Assembly: GCA_959019775.1 (NCBI GenBank)
Contig: CAUEPS010000004.1
Location: forward strand, 43,457 to 107,456
Origin: an uncultured Collinsella sp.
Lineage (GTDB): Bacteria > Actinomycetota > Coriobacteriia > Coriobacteriales > Coriobacteriaceae
Reading direction: 5' to 3'
Length of the DNA: 64,000 bases
The translations under genes and the position numbers were made by a program. The notes under the pieces are model-generated. The model made no database searches and was not told the origin of the DNA. It saw nothing but the letters and a program-made list of their open reading frames with translations. This document shows, piece by piece, positions 47,358 through 57,979 of this stretch (position 1 is the stretch's first letter; every line of letters starts with the position of its first letter).

Positions 47358-48041
47358 CTAGATTACGAAGAGGATCACCGCCATGAACTGGAAGATGCTG
47401 CCGGCGAGCACCCACAGGTGAAACACGCTGTGCAGATAGCGCACGTTTTTGGCGATATAGAACGGCACGCCCGCGGTGTAGCACACGCCGCCGACGGCGA
47501 GCAGGGCAAGTGCCACGGGGTTGAGCAGCGCAACAAGTTCGGGCAGCTTAAAGACAACGAGCCAGCCCATCAGCAGGTAGACCAGGCCGCTTACCCAATG
47601 CGGCTGGCGCTCGCGTAGGAAGCACTCGAGGGCGATGCCGATGATGGCGATGGCCCATACGGCAAAGAACAGCACAGCGCCGCCGTCGTTTGCGAGCGTG
47701 ATGAGGCAAAACGGCGTATAGCTGCCGGCTATGAGCAGGTAGATGCAGCTGTGGTCGATGATGCGAAACACGCGCTTGGCGCGCGCGGGCTGAATCGCGT
47801 GGTAGAGCGTGGAGGCTAGGTATTCGAGGATAATGCTGACGCCATAGACAATCGCCGCGGCCATATGGGCCGGGCCTCCGCCGCGCAGGGCGGCGAATAC
47901 GATCAGGAGCACCAGGCCCGCGATACCCAGCAGGCAGCCGACACCATGGGTGACGGAGTTCATGATCTCCTCGCCCACTGTGTAGTGTGGAACGACCGCG
48001 GTCTTGGGTCGCGGCTTAGAACTGTCGCTCGAATCGGACAT
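47358..48041 (-). CDS. Hemolysin III / PAQR-family membrane protein
   Basis: 7-TM protein with EEIMNSVTHGVG and late HxxxH-type motifs. ATG 48041 has GGAGGA upstream; the track start at 48059 is TTG. Confidence 0.85.
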   Translation of the reverse strand: MSDSSDSSKPRPKTAVVPHYTVGEEIMNSVTHGVGCLLGIAGLVLLIVFAALRGGGPAHMAAAIVYGVSIILEYLASTLYHAIQPARAKRVFRIIDHSCIYLLIAGSYTPFCLITLANDGGAVLFFAVWAIAIIGIALECFLRERQPHWVSGLVYLLMGWLVVFKLPELVALLNPVALALLAVGGVCYTAGVPFYIAKNVRYLHSVFHLWVLAGSIFQFMAVILFVI

Positions 48042-48149
48042 GCCGGTTACATCCTCCAACGTAAAGAGTTCTCAACACTATATCAAAGCGTCTAGGTACG
48101 TGCGAAATTTGCACCATACGTGACCCTTTGTTTACCCATTCTTTGCCTG

Positions 48150-48178
48150 TTGACGCATCAACGGCGAACGTCCATAAT
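48150..48178 (+). promoter_or_regulatory. Sigma70-type promoter of the hydrolase gene
   Basis: TTGACG (48150-48155), 17-nt spacer, CATAAT (48173-48178). RBS TAGGAGA lies before ATG 48228. Confidence 0.55.
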
Positions 48179-48227
48179 GCGCTTGCATTAAATGTTGATG
48201 TATTAACATCTTATAGGAGAATACCGC

Positions 48228-49193
48228 ATGGCTCAAAACGCACGTTCCCATCGAAAGCTCAAGATAGCCGGCATCGTTGCACTAGTGGTTGTCGTTGCGC
48301 TGCTCGGATTTGCCGGCAACTTTCTGTTTGACTTCGCGCTGAATCCCCGCGCGCCATACACCATGAAGATGATGCAGGATAGCAAGAACGACAAAGAAGG
48401 TGAGCAGCCGGATGCCGAGGATACCGAGGCGCGGGCGTGGTTTAAGGAGAACCGCGAGAGCAGCAGCCTCACCGCGGACGATGGGACCGAGCTTGCCGCC
48501 TGGTATTTTGCTGCGTCGGAGAGCGCACACGACTACGCCGTCTGCCTGCATGGATATACCAACGAGCCCATCGGTATGGCCCGATACGTCAAGCGATTCC
48601 ACGACCGCGGCATGAACGTACTCGCACCCGCCGCCCGCGCCCACGAGCGCTCCGGCGGCGACTATATCGGCATGGGCTGGCCCGAACGCCTCGACATCGT
48701 CGCATGGATCGAGCGAATCGTTCAGGCTGACCCCAAGGCGCGCATCCTGGTCTTTGGCGAATCCATGGGCGCGGCGACCGCCATGAACGTCGCGGGGGAA
48801 TCTCTGCCCGCAAACGTGAAATGCATTATCGAGGACTGCGGTTATACGAGTGTTTGGGACGAGTTTTCTCTGCAGCTCAAGGACGTGTTCGGCCTGCCCA
48901 GCTTTCCCTTGCTCGATGTAGCAAACTTGGTGTGCAACGTGCGCGCGGGCTACGACTTTCATAAGGCGAGCAGCGTGGAACAGCTTAAGCGCGCGACGGT
49001 TCCCATGCTGTTTATCCACGGTGACCAAGACACCTTTGTGCCGTACAGCATGCTCGACCAAAACTACGACGCGTGCGCCAGCAAGGTCAAGCAAAAGCTC
49101 ACCGTCCATGGCGCCACCCACGCCAAGAGCGCGCAGGTCGACCCCGAACTCTACTGGAACACGGTCGACGACTTCCTCGACGAGTATTTTTAG
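48228..49193 (+). CDS. Membrane-anchored alpha/beta hydrolase (S33/BAAT-like)
   Basis: 321 aa with an N-terminal TM helix and the nucleophile elbow GESMGA. It also has HGDQDTFVP and a late His. Confidence 0.8.
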   Translation: MAQNARSHRKLKIAGIVALVVVVALLGFAGNFLFDFALNPRAPYTMKMMQDSKNDKEGEQPDAEDTEARAWFKENRESSSLTADDGTELAAWYFAASESAHDYAVCLHGYTNEPIGMARYVKRFHDRGMNVLAPAARAHERSGGDYIGMGWPERLDIVAWIERIVQADPKARILVFGESMGAATAMNVAGESLPANVKCIIEDCGYTSVWDEFSLQLKDVFGLPSFPLLDVANLVCNVRAGYDFHKASSVEQLKRATVPMLFIHGDQDTFVPYSMLDQNYDACASKVKQKLTVHGATHAKSAQVDPELYWNTVDDFLDEYF

Positions 49194-49270
49194 GCAAAAA
49201 GCAACGTCTGGGGTTTTGTTGCCAAAAATCGGTTTGTGGTCGGCGCTATTCGATTTTCCTCGCACTTCCA

Positions 49271-49309
49271 AAAAGCCGCCCGTGGGCGCTGTGCTCACGG
49301 GCGGCTTTT
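49271..49309. terminator. Bidirectional terminator between convergent genes
   Basis: AAAAGCCGCCCGTG-ggcgctgtgct-CACGGGCGGCTTTT forms a 14-bp perfect stem with A/T runs on both sides. Confidence 0.8.
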
Positions 49310-49356
49310 GCTCAACTTACGCTACAAAGGCGCTTATTTTGTCCAATAGCTAGGCG

Positions 49357-50562
49357 CTACTTGACCTCGATAAGCTCGTACTTGCTCGTGCCCAGGCCGA
49401 TCTTCTCGGCATGCGCGATGCACACTCGCCAGTCGGTGTCGGGATGCGTGATGCAGAAGGGATCCTTGGCCTGCTCGCCCTCCAGATGCTCGTGGTTGTG
49501 CTCCATCTTGGCCGCGCTATCGGTGAGCTCGGTGTTTGGCAGCGGCTCGGATGCCATGACGGCATCGGCGCAGGCCTGGTCGATGGCGACCGGGTCGAAG
49601 CTCGCGAACATGCCGATGTCGTTGACGATAGGCGTATCGTTTTCGGGATGGCAATCGCAATTGGGGCTGATATCCATGGCAAGCGAGATATGGAAGCTCG
49701 GGCGACCGTCGACGACGGCCTTGGTGTACTCGGCGATCTTGCAGTTGAGCACGTCGGCCGCGGCGTCATAGCCGGGCTTGATGCAGTCCTGGTTGCATGC
49801 CGCAATGCAGCGACCGCAGCCCACGCAGCGATCGTGGTCGATGGTGGCCACGTGCACCGTGCGGGTGTTGCCGTTGGCAAGCTCGCGCTCGCGGGTGTCG
49901 TTGAACGAGACAGCGTCGTGCGCGCAGATCTTTTCGCAGGCACGGCAGCCAACGCAGTGCTCGGTCGAGACGTTCGGCTTGCCGGCGGCATGCTGCTCCA
50001 TCTTGCCGGCGCGGCTGCCGCCGCCCATGCCCAGGTTCTTCATGGCGCCGCCAAAGCCGGCCTGCTCATGGCCCTTAAAGTGGGTGAGGCTAATCACGAT
50101 ATCGGCATCCATGAGTGCCTGACCGATCTTGGCCTCGTGCACGTACTCGCCGCCCTCGACCGGGACGAGCGCCTCGTCGGTGCCCTTGAGGCCGTCGGCA
50201 ATGATGATCTGGCAACCCGTAGCATACGGGGTAAAGCCGTTCTGGTAGGCGGTATCAATGTGCTCGAGCGCGTTTTTGCGGCTACCGACATAGAGCGTAT
50301 TGCAGTCGGTGAGGAAGGGCTTGCCGCCCAGCTCCTTCACGACGTCCGCGACGGCGCGGGCGTAGTTGGGGCGCAAAAAGCTCAGGTTGCCCAGCTCGCC
50401 AAAGTGAATCTTGATGGCGACGAACTTGTTCTCAAAGTCGATCTGCTCAATTCCGGCGTGACGGATGAGGCGCTTGAGCTTGTCGAGCTGGCTCTCGCGA
50501 GCATGCGTACGCAGGTTGGTGAAGTACACCTTAGCGGGTGCTGCGGGTGCAGTTGCGGTCAT
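49357..50562 (-). CDS. DUF362 domain protein with 2x[4Fe-4S] ferredoxin insert
   Basis: 401 aa with CVGCRACEKIC and CVGCGRCIAAC motifs in a DUF362-like frame (KIHFGELGN...). Confidence 0.8.
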   Translation of the reverse strand: MTATAPAAPAKVYFTNLRTHARESQLDKLKRLIRHAGIEQIDFENKFVAIKIHFGELGNLSFLRPNYARAVADVVKELGGKPFLTDCNTLYVGSRKNALEHIDTAYQNGFTPYATGCQIIIADGLKGTDEALVPVEGGEYVHEAKIGQALMDADIVISLTHFKGHEQAGFGGAMKNLGMGGGSRAGKMEQHAAGKPNVSTEHCVGCRACEKICAHDAVSFNDTRERELANGNTRTVHVATIDHDRCVGCGRCIAACNQDCIKPGYDAAADVLNCKIAEYTKAVVDGRPSFHISLAMDISPNCDCHPENDTPIVNDIGMFASFDPVAIDQACADAVMASEPLPNTELTDSAAKMEHNHEHLEGEQAKDPFCITHPDTDWRVCIAHAEKIGLGTSKYELIEVK

Positions 50563-50644
50563 AGATCTATCCCCTCGGTCTATATGGCGTTACAGACATA
50601 GGAGATGGTACCAGTTAAAGCAGAGTTAAAGTCAAGTACGGCAC

Positions 50645-50830
50645 CTAGTCATTGGGGACGTTCTTAAATGAGTAGTCGCAAGGGACACTCTTTCGCCACC
50701 CGGCAGTTGGGGACAGTCCCCAAGTGCCGGCAGCTAGGGACAGTCCTTTCCAGCCGGCCGGCGAGCCGGCAAGTCAGCAAAGACTGTCCCCGATGACTAG
50801 TCGTTTAAGACTGTCCCCGATGACTACTCC
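50645..50830. repeat. Dispersed repeat family, locus D (composite, ~185 bp); overlaps the stop of the FtsX permease gene
   Basis: CTAGTCATTGGGGACGTTCTTAAATGAGTAGTCGCAAGGGACACTCTTTCGCCACCCGGCAGTTGGGGAC is almost identical to 54307-54376. It ends with two GACTGTCCCCGATGACTA units. Confidence 0.9.
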
Positions 50831-53490
50831 TGCACCTTGAGAGCTTCGGCCAGGCCCACACGTTTGATGGAACGCATGTGCAGCAACGCCACGACCAGGT
50901 AGGTCGCAAAGCCAATGCCGACGCATGCAACCATGGACCAAGCGGGCGCATAGATTTCGATATTGCCGTTGTAGGCGAGCAGCATCGAGCGGAAGATGGC
51001 CGTGAGCGAGCCAATAATGACCGGCAGACTCAGCACGAGCGACGCCGCCACGCACAGCGTGATCGAGCGGATGTACAGATGCGAGATCTCGCTATCGCGA
51101 TAGCCAAAGACTTTCATATAGCTAATCGAACGGGCGCTGTGGTCGATCACGGCCTTGGTCAGCAGGTACATAAACAGCAGGAAGATGAACACCGCAAGCC
51201 CAACCATCATTCCGATCATTTTGCTCATCATGCCGATGAACTGGTCGCCCACGGCGCGCATGTCGTCGGGCGTGGTGTCGCCGGCAAAGTAACGAGCATC
51301 GAGGTCGAGCTTCTCGTCGCTCACATAGCCGTTAAAGTAGGCGGCGTCGTTGCCGAACAGCTCGTTAAAGTCGTCGATGCTCATATAGATATTCATGTCC
51401 GACTTGGAGCCCCAGGCACAGTCCTTGCCCGCGTACTCAAGGGAATAATGCTCGCCCTCGTACTTGTCGCCGAGCGTGACCTTCTGACCCTCGCTCCAGC
51501 CAAACTTATCGAGCAGACCGCCGCCAAAAACGATGCGCCCATCGCCGACGTTGAGATCTTTCCAGTAGCGCGAATCGGATGAAATGCCGTAGACGGAAAT
51601 CGTCTCCTCGCCATTTCCATCGCCGCGGTCGTATTGCAGCTGGTAAACGGCGTATTTCTCGGCCTGTGCGATTGTGCCCGCGCCGTTGTCGGTCGTATTG
51701 ACCGGGTGGATATCATCGTTGTCAGTGTCGATCTTAGAGGCCTTGTCGATCAGGTCGATAGCCTCGTCGCGGTCGCAGCCGAGGGCATCGGCAAGGTCAT
51801 CGAGGCGCGCGTAGAGCGCATCCTTCTTGTCCTGGACCTTGGCGAGCGCGTCCTGCGCCGCGGCCAGGCTCTCGGCAGACGGAGCGCTGGTCGCGGCATC
51901 GGCTGCCGCCTGCGCTGCATCGGCCGCGTCGTCAAGCTCGTCATCGGCATCCTGAGCGGCAGAAAGCAGCGCGCCGTCAACCGACTGCAAACGCTCGAGT
52001 GCCGACCACTGCTCGCGCTCCTCGGCGGTGCCCTCGAGTTCCAGTGGGGCCTTGAGCGTGTACTGGTGCTCGGCGACCAGGCTTGTCTCGAGGTTGTCCG
52101 CGTAGTGCGTCATCGTGGGCAGAATCGCCAGGCCAAAGAGCAGCAGCAGCGAGGCAAACGCAATGCCCACAAAGAGCGTGACAAAGTTGCCCAGGTTGCG
52201 CAGAAAGATACGCAGGCGGAAGCGGGAAACAAAACCCATGCGCTCCGGCAGTTGCATACCGCGCTTGGTGCCCGATTTGCCGCTCGCCTCGTGACGAAGG
52301 AACTGCAACGGCGTCTTGCCCATTTTGCGAAACAGGCCCACCAGCGTGATGAGGATGAGCGCGGCGGCGGGAACCACGGCGCACTTCACAAAGATCTCCC
52401 AGCTCCAGTACACCTGGAAGGGCGGCAGGCTGTACGAACCGTAATAGAGGCTGCGCATGGGCTCGGTAAAGAACACAACGCCGAGCGCAGTGCCCAAAAG
52501 CGCCGCGACCACGCCCACGATGGCGGGAAGTGCCAGGTAGTGCAGCACGATCTCGCGACGGCGATAACCGCTGGCGAGCAGCGTGCCGATGATGGCGCTC
52601 TCCTCCTCGATGGTGGCGTCGGTAAGGACCACAAAGACGAACGCCATGATCACGATGATGATGTCGAGCAGCGTCATCCACATCATGGAGTCGCCGTCCA
52701 CGTCATCGCGCGCATAGCCAATGCCCTGATTGGAATCGGCGTCGGTCAGATCGTCCACGCGCGCATCGGCGTCGGTCAGTGCCTCGACCATATCTTGCTC
52801 GGCGTCGATGCGGTCCGCGGTGGGGAGGTCGCGATCGGTAAAGGTGAAGGAGTAGGTGTAGGCGGGTGCGCCGCCGGCATCTTCGAGCGCGGCAAAGCCG
52901 CCATCGGTGACCTCGGCCACGCCGTACGTGATGGTGTTCACCGTAAAGTCCGAATTGTTGAGGAACAGCGCCTGACTATCGGGCTGGGTCATGATGCCGC
53001 AAATGGTGTAGGTGCGACCCTCGAGCTCGACTTTATCGCCCACGGACAGGTTGTTATTGGTGGCAAAGACACGGTCGATGGCCACCTCGTCATCCGCCTT
53101 GGGTTCCCTACCCTCACAGTAGGACGCAATGTCCACCTTAGCGCGGTGCGCATAGGTGCGCAGCGTGCGCTTGGTGCCGTCGTCGCCGGCGGTCTTTTTG
53201 ATGATGGCGTCGATGGAGAAATTCTTGTAGAGCGTGACGCCGCCGACGTCGCCGGCTGCATCCTCGGCGGCCTTGAGTTGATCGTCGGTAGCCTCGAAGG
53301 AGGTGGTCACGCGGCCGTCCTCAATCGCGTACGCATCGCGCATGTCATCGATAAGGCAGCCGATGGAATGCGCTGCGAGCAAAAATCCCGAGGTGAGAGC
53401 GATGCTTCCGCACATAAGAAGAAAGATGCCCAGGTACTTGCCGATATTGCGGCGCAGCTCGCGCGGGAGACGTTTTGCGAGAGGTGCCAT
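50824..53490 (-). CDS. MacB-type ABC transporter permease with two FtsX domains and a long acidic coiled extracytoplasmic insert
   Basis: About 888 aa. ATG 53490 gives MAPLAKRLPRELRRNIGKY; the track start at 53505 is TTG. It has two 4-TM FtsX blocks. Confidence 0.85.
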   Translation of the reverse strand: MAPLAKRLPRELRRNIGKYLGIFLLMCGSIALTSGFLLAAHSIGCLIDDMRDAYAIEDGRVTTSFEATDDQLKAAEDAAGDVGGVTLYKNFSIDAIIKKTAGDDGTKRTLRTYAHRAKVDIASYCEGREPKADDEVAIDRVFATNNNLSVGDKVELEGRTYTICGIMTQPDSQALFLNNSDFTVNTITYGVAEVTDGGFAALEDAGGAPAYTYSFTFTDRDLPTADRIDAEQDMVEALTDADARVDDLTDADSNQGIGYARDDVDGDSMMWMTLLDIIIVIMAFVFVVLTDATIEEESAIIGTLLASGYRRREIVLHYLALPAIVGVVAALLGTALGVVFFTEPMRSLYYGSYSLPPFQVYWSWEIFVKCAVVPAAALILITLVGLFRKMGKTPLQFLRHEASGKSGTKRGMQLPERMGFVSRFRLRIFLRNLGNFVTLFVGIAFASLLLLFGLAILPTMTHYADNLETSLVAEHQYTLKAPLELEGTAEEREQWSALERLQSVDGALLSAAQDADDELDDAADAAQAAADAATSAPSAESLAAAQDALAKVQDKKDALYARLDDLADALGCDRDEAIDLIDKASKIDTDNDDIHPVNTTDNGAGTIAQAEKYAVYQLQYDRGDGNGEETISVYGISSDSRYWKDLNVGDGRIVFGGGLLDKFGWSEGQKVTLGDKYEGEHYSLEYAGKDCAWGSKSDMNIYMSIDDFNELFGNDAAYFNGYVSDEKLDLDARYFAGDTTPDDMRAVGDQFIGMMSKMIGMMVGLAVFIFLLFMYLLTKAVIDHSARSISYMKVFGYRDSEISHLYIRSITLCVAASLVLSLPVIIGSLTAIFRSMLLAYNGNIEIYAPAWSMVACVGIGFATYLVVALLHMRSIKRVGLAEALKVQE

Positions 53491-53498
53491 GGCGCCGC

Positions 53499-54224
53499 CT
53501 ACCAATCGAGCTCGGCGGCCGCGACGGGCGACTCGTTGAGCTCATCCTCGACGATGCGTCCGTCGCGCAGGCGCAGCACGCGATTGGCCATGTGCGCGAT
53601 GGCGGCATTGTGGGTGACAATGATGATGGTGCAGCCGTAGGTGCGGTTGACATCCTCCATGAGCTGCAGGATTTCCTTGGACGTCTTGTAGTCAAGCGCG
53701 CCGGTGGGCTCGTCGCACAGCAGCAGGCCCGGGTTTTTGACGAGCGCACGGCCGATGGCACAGCGCTGCTGCTGGCCGCCCGAGACCTGGCGCGGGAACT
53801 TGTTGCGGTGCTCGTAGAGGCCCAGCGAACGCAGCAGATCGTCGACATTGAGCGGGTTTTTGGACAGGTGCGCCGTGACCTCGATGTTCTCCTTGATGGT
53901 GAGATCGGGCACCAGGTTGTAGAACTGGAAGACAAAACCCAGCTCACGGCGGCGATACTCGCCCAGGTCGGTAGGCTTGAGCACCGTGAGGTCGCAGCCG
54001 TCCACCATGATGGAGCCGCCGTCGGCATCCTCCAGGCCGCCGATCAGGTTAAGAAACGTCGACTTGCCCGAACCCGAAGGCCCCAGCATGACGCAGATCT
54101 CTCCGCGGTTGATGGACGTGTCGATGCCGTCGAGCACCGTCAGGCGTGCATCTCCATCGCCGTAGTGCTTTTTGAGATCCTTAACCTGGACGTAGGCCTC
54201 CCGCGTTGCCATGATATCCCCCAT
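53499..54224 (-). CDS. ABC transporter ATP-binding protein (MacB/LolD-like)
   Basis: Walker [10 protein letters not shown], signature VSGGQQQR, Walker [13 protein letters not shown]. The start is ATG 54224 or 54212. Confidence 0.92.
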   Translation of the reverse strand: MGDIMATREAYVQVKDLKKHYGDGDARLTVLDGIDTSINRGEICVMLGPSGSGKSTFLNLIGGLEDADGGSIMVDGCDLTVLKPTDLGEYRRRELGFVFQFYNLVPDLTIKENIEVTAHLSKNPLNVDDLLRSLGLYEHRNKFPRQVSGGQQQRCAIGRALVKNPGLLLCDEPTGALDYKTSKEILQLMEDVNRTYGCTIIIVTHNAAIAHMANRVLRLRDGRIVEDELNESPVAAAELDW

Positions 54225-54306
54225 TGTTAGCCTTGTACTACTTTATGAACATAATAGTAAACCTTGGCGAACTATTTTTGGGGCGAGAGTGGGGATTTGT
54301 TTCAGA

Positions 54307-54462
54307 CTAGTCATTGGGGACGTTCTTAAATGACCAGTCACAAGGGACGCTCTTTCGCCACCCGGCAGTTGGGGACGCTCCTTATCTGCCCCCGATGGCT
54401 AGTCATTTAAGTCTGTCCCCAATGAATACTTTTGGTCGTTTAAGTCTGTCCCCAATGAGTAG
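54307..54462. repeat. Dispersed repeat family, locus E (composite, ~155 bp)
   Basis: It has the same 70-nt block as locus D in the same orientation, then CTAGTCATTTAAGTCTGTCCCCAATGA and GGTCGTTTAAGTCTGTCCCCAATGAGTAG units. Confidence 0.9.
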
Positions 54463-54466
54463 GTGT

Positions 54467-55672
54467 CTAGGCGTGGGATTTGTTGTGGGCGAGGGCTAGG
54501 CCTACGGCGGCGATGGCCGCGGCAAAGAGCACTGTGACGCCCAGATCGCAAGCGATGTCGCCCAGCACGGTGGACGTCAGGTCCGCGGCGAGCGCCTTGC
54601 CAATCGCGTCGTTCACCCAATACGTCGGCACAAAATGCGCCGCGGTCTGCACGGCTGGGCCCATCAGCGACAGCGGCATCCAGGCGCCGCCCAAAAACGT
54701 CATGAGCATGCCGAGCAGGTTGCCCACACCGTTGAGCAGCTCCTCACGCGCACCCAGGCTCGAAAGGGCAAAGCCAACGGCCAGAGGCGTGCACGCCAGG
54801 GCAAACGTCGCCGCCAGCGCCAGGCACACACGACCCACGCCGACCTCGGCAACCGCGCCGGCAAAGCCCACGACGCCCATCATGCTCGACACAAACCAGA
54901 TGCAGACGGTGATCACAGTGGCGGCCGCAAACACGGCGAGCGAACGCCGGCGCTCGGAGATTGGGCCGGCATCCATACGACGCACGCGCTCGGGCTCGTT
55001 CATGCCCGAGAACACCAGCCCCACCGATACGATGACCGACGAGATAATCGCGTACGCGCCAAAGTTGAAATACGACTTGAGCATGGCGGCGGCAGTCGAA
55101 CCAACCTTGACCTGCTCAATCTGGACCTCGGCGCGCTTGGCGGCGGCATGCTCGGCGGCCTTGGCGACGCTACCATTAGAGGCGGCGGGCTCTAGGGCCG
55201 CTGCAGCGCCCGCGAGCGAAATCCAGCGCGAGGCCTCAGCAGACGAAAGCGCCGCCGCCATGGTGCCGGCACCGTAGGTCACATCAAGCCTGGGCAGGGA
55301 CTCCCCCGCGCGGGCGGCTGCAACGAGGTCGCCCTCAAACCCCTCCGGGATAAAGAACACGCAGTCGGCGCTACCCTTGGCGCTGTTGCTCTTGGAGAGC
55401 GCGTCCGCGAGGTCGTAGGTGCCGTCGCCGACGCCCGTGACCAGCTCAAATCGCGAACCAAGATGCTTGGTAAGCGCACGCGAAAGGTCGCTATTGTCGC
55501 GGTCGACCACGATCACGTTGGTGTCGTAGGGCTTGTACTCGGTAAGCTGCGACGAGTTCCAGCTCACCGAGGCCGCGATGAATACGCCCATGAGCGAGAT
55601 GAACACCGTATAGATGAGCAGGTAGAACGGGTGCGCCAGCGCCATGCGAAGCGCGGTCTTAAAGGTGCTCAT
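54467..55672 (-). CDS. ABC-2 type transporter permease
   Basis: Starts MSTFKTALRMALAHPFYL at ATG 55672, with GGAAGGAG 5 nt upstream. The topology is one TM helix, a large loop, then five TM helices. Confidence 0.8.
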   Translation of the reverse strand: MSTFKTALRMALAHPFYLLIYTVFISLMGVFIAASVSWNSSQLTEYKPYDTNVIVVDRDNSDLSRALTKHLGSRFELVTGVGDGTYDLADALSKSNSAKGSADCVFFIPEGFEGDLVAAARAGESLPRLDVTYGAGTMAAALSSAEASRWISLAGAAAALEPAASNGSVAKAAEHAAAKRAEVQIEQVKVGSTAAAMLKSYFNFGAYAIISSVIVSVGLVFSGMNEPERVRRMDAGPISERRRSLAVFAAATVITVCIWFVSSMMGVVGFAGAVAEVGVGRVCLALAATFALACTPLAVGFALSSLGAREELLNGVGNLLGMLMTFLGGAWMPLSLMGPAVQTAAHFVPTYWVNDAIGKALAADLTSTVLGDIACDLGVTVLFAAAIAAVGLALAHNKSHA

Positions 55673-56846
55673 AGCGGCTCCTTCCAAAGATCAGCGTGGC
55701 GGCGGCAACGAACAGCAACGCCATAAGGACCAGCGCACCGGCGCGAACGGCAAAGGGGCCCAGGTCCTCAAAGAAATACAGGCGATTGAACATGTCGCAG
55801 ATGAGCTTGACGGGGTTGAGCCAACACTCGGCCGGGCAGGCGCGGGCAACGTCGTCGGCAAGCGCCATCGCCGGCTCGCCGTAGAGTCCGGCGAACAGGG
55901 CGCACGTGGTGGCAAAGCCCGTGAGGATGCCGGACTTGGACGCCTTGCCGCCCTTAACAGGCAGCGTGCCCACAAAGAGCCCCAAGCCCGTCGCGGCAAG
56001 CGCGGACACGGCGCCGCCCACCAGACACAGCCCCTCGCGCCCGCCAAAGTCGACGCCCACGACCAGGCGCACGTAGCCGATCGCAATCGTCATCGAGGCA
56101 AAGGAAACCAGCCACGAGCCCACAAAAATGCCAGCCAGTGATGCCGTCTTGGAAAGGCCGCCCACGCAGCGACGTGCGCCAAGGCCCGACAGATTGGGCT
56201 GCAAATCGACGACGCTCAAGGCGGCAAACTCGGCAGACATCATCGCGACCAGGCCAAAAAGCGCGTAATAGTAGATGACCGTGCCGTCAGGCGTGGTGCG
56301 TGTCAGGCTTACACGGCGGGTGCCGCCCTCGAGCGACAGGGCGCGCGCAACCGCCGCCGGATTGGCGAGCGCCGCCGGGTTGTCCTGGGCAATCTGGGAC
56401 ATGAGCTCGGCATTTTGTGTATACGAGCTTGCCACCGTCTCCAGAATGCTGCGGTCGGTGAGCACCGTCGACGCACGTGAGCTGTCGTAACTCGATAGCA
56501 GCGTGAGTTTGGGCGTGCCTGCATCGTCGACCGTATAGATGCCCGCGACCTCGCCGGCCTTGAGCGCACGGTTCGCATCGGCCGCGTCGTCGCACTCGTG
56601 GATCTCAAGCAGTCGGTCGTCGCCTTCCTTGGCAAGCGACGTCGCCACGTCCTTAAAGGTCGAGGCGTCCCAGGCCTCGTCCGCCACGACGGCAACCGGC
56701 ACCGGGTCGACCGTGCCGTCAGAGCTCAGGTTCGCAAACATAAACATGAACATCGTGGAAAGCGCGACGGGAAAGAGAGCGCCCCAGACCCACGTGCTCG
56801 GCCGGCGCAGCAGCGTCTTGACCGTAATGATAATGGTGTTGAACAT
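55659..56846 (-). CDS. ABC-2 type transporter permease
   Basis: 395 aa with the same topology as its paralogous neighbour. Confidence 0.8.
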   Translation of the reverse strand: MFNTIIITVKTLLRRPSTWVWGALFPVALSTMFMFMFANLSSDGTVDPVPVAVVADEAWDASTFKDVATSLAKEGDDRLLEIHECDDAADANRALKAGEVAGIYTVDDAGTPKLTLLSSYDSSRASTVLTDRSILETVASSYTQNAELMSQIAQDNPAALANPAAVARALSLEGGTRRVSLTRTTPDGTVIYYYALFGLVAMMSAEFAALSVVDLQPNLSGLGARRCVGGLSKTASLAGIFVGSWLVSFASMTIAIGYVRLVVGVDFGGREGLCLVGGAVSALAATGLGLFVGTLPVKGGKASKSGILTGFATTCALFAGLYGEPAMALADDVARACPAECWLNPVKLICDMFNRLYFFEDLGPFAVRAGALVLMALLFVAAATLIFGRSRYEHL

Positions 56847-56855
56847 GGCTGCCCC

Positions 56856-57794
56856 CTAGTCGCGCAGCTCGCGGCCGGTGATCTCGAGGAACACATCGTT
56901 GAGGGTCGGCGGCTCGCTCCACACGCGGCCGAGCGCCACGTCGGCAGCACGCAGCGTGTCAAGGATGTCAACCAAGTTGTGCGGGCTCGCCTCGCAGGTG
57001 CAGACGAGCTCGCCGCCGGACAGCTCAACCGAAAGCACGTGCTCGTGGGCGCGCAGGCGCTCGACTGTGGCGGCCTCGACGGCGCCGACCTCGACAGTCA
57101 CGCGCTCGCCCATCTGAATCATGCGCTTGAGCTCGTCGTTGGTGCCCTGCGCCAGCACGCGGCCGCCGTCCATGATCATGATGCGGCTGCAAATCTGCTC
57201 GACTTCCTCCATGTAATGGCTGGTATACACCACTGTGGCGCCCTCGTCGCGCAGGCGGCAGATGCCCTCCAGGATGGCGTTGCGGCTCTGCGGGTCGACC
57301 GCCACCGTGGGCTCGTCAAAGAAGATGAGCTCGGGCTTGTGCGCGATGCCGCAGGCAATGTTGAGGCGACGCGCCAGGCCGCCCGAGAGCTTGCCGGGGC
57401 GAAACTTGGTAAAGTCGCCCAGCCCGACAAAGTCGATGGCCTCTTCGACCAGCGCGCGACGGCGCTTGCGGTCGTTGACGTAAAGGCTGCAGAAATAGTC
57501 GATGTTCTCGCGCACCGTAAGCTCGTCAAACACCGCCACCTGCTGCGGCACCACGCCGATGCGGCGCTTGAGGTCGTAGCGGGCGGGCGTCATGGGCTCG
57601 CCGAACAGATCGATGGTGCCTTTGTCGTAGGCAAGCAGCTGCAGAATACAGTTGATGGACGTGGTCTTGCCCGAGCCGTTGGGGCCGAGCAGACCAAAGA
57701 TCTCGCCGGGGGCGATGCTCAAGTTAAAGTGGTCGAGCGCAATAAGATCGTCATAGCGCTTGACGAGGTTTTCGACGTGGACGATGTCTGTCAT
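56856..57794 (-). CDS. ABC transporter ATP-binding protein (ABC-2/DrrA-like)
   Basis: Starts MTDIVHVENLVKRY at ATG 57794. Walker A GPNGSGKTT, signature LSGGLARR, Walker B LIFFDEPTVAVD. Confidence 0.92.
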   Translation of the reverse strand: MTDIVHVENLVKRYDDLIALDHFNLSIAPGEIFGLLGPNGSGKTTSINCILQLLAYDKGTIDLFGEPMTPARYDLKRRIGVVPQQVAVFDELTVRENIDYFCSLYVNDRKRRRALVEEAIDFVGLGDFTKFRPGKLSGGLARRLNIACGIAHKPELIFFDEPTVAVDPQSRNAILEGICRLRDEGATVVYTSHYMEEVEQICSRIMIMDGGRVLAQGTNDELKRMIQMGERVTVEVGAVEAATVERLRAHEHVLSVELSGGELVCTCEASPHNLVDILDTLRAADVALGRVWSEPPTLNDVFLEITGRELRD

Positions 57795-57979
57795 GAGACG
57801 GCCCTTCCGTTGATTGCGGCCCGGTACGATTGCATCATCGCAGGAGCGGGCGGTGCGCACCAGTGAGCTTTGTCACGAGTGCGAGGTTTGGTCGTGCGGC
57901 CCGCCGGCGCCCCCGCTTTGCCGCGCGGGAGGAATGTCACGGTTGCGCAGGCGGCCCCTCTACCACGCGCGGCTTCGCG

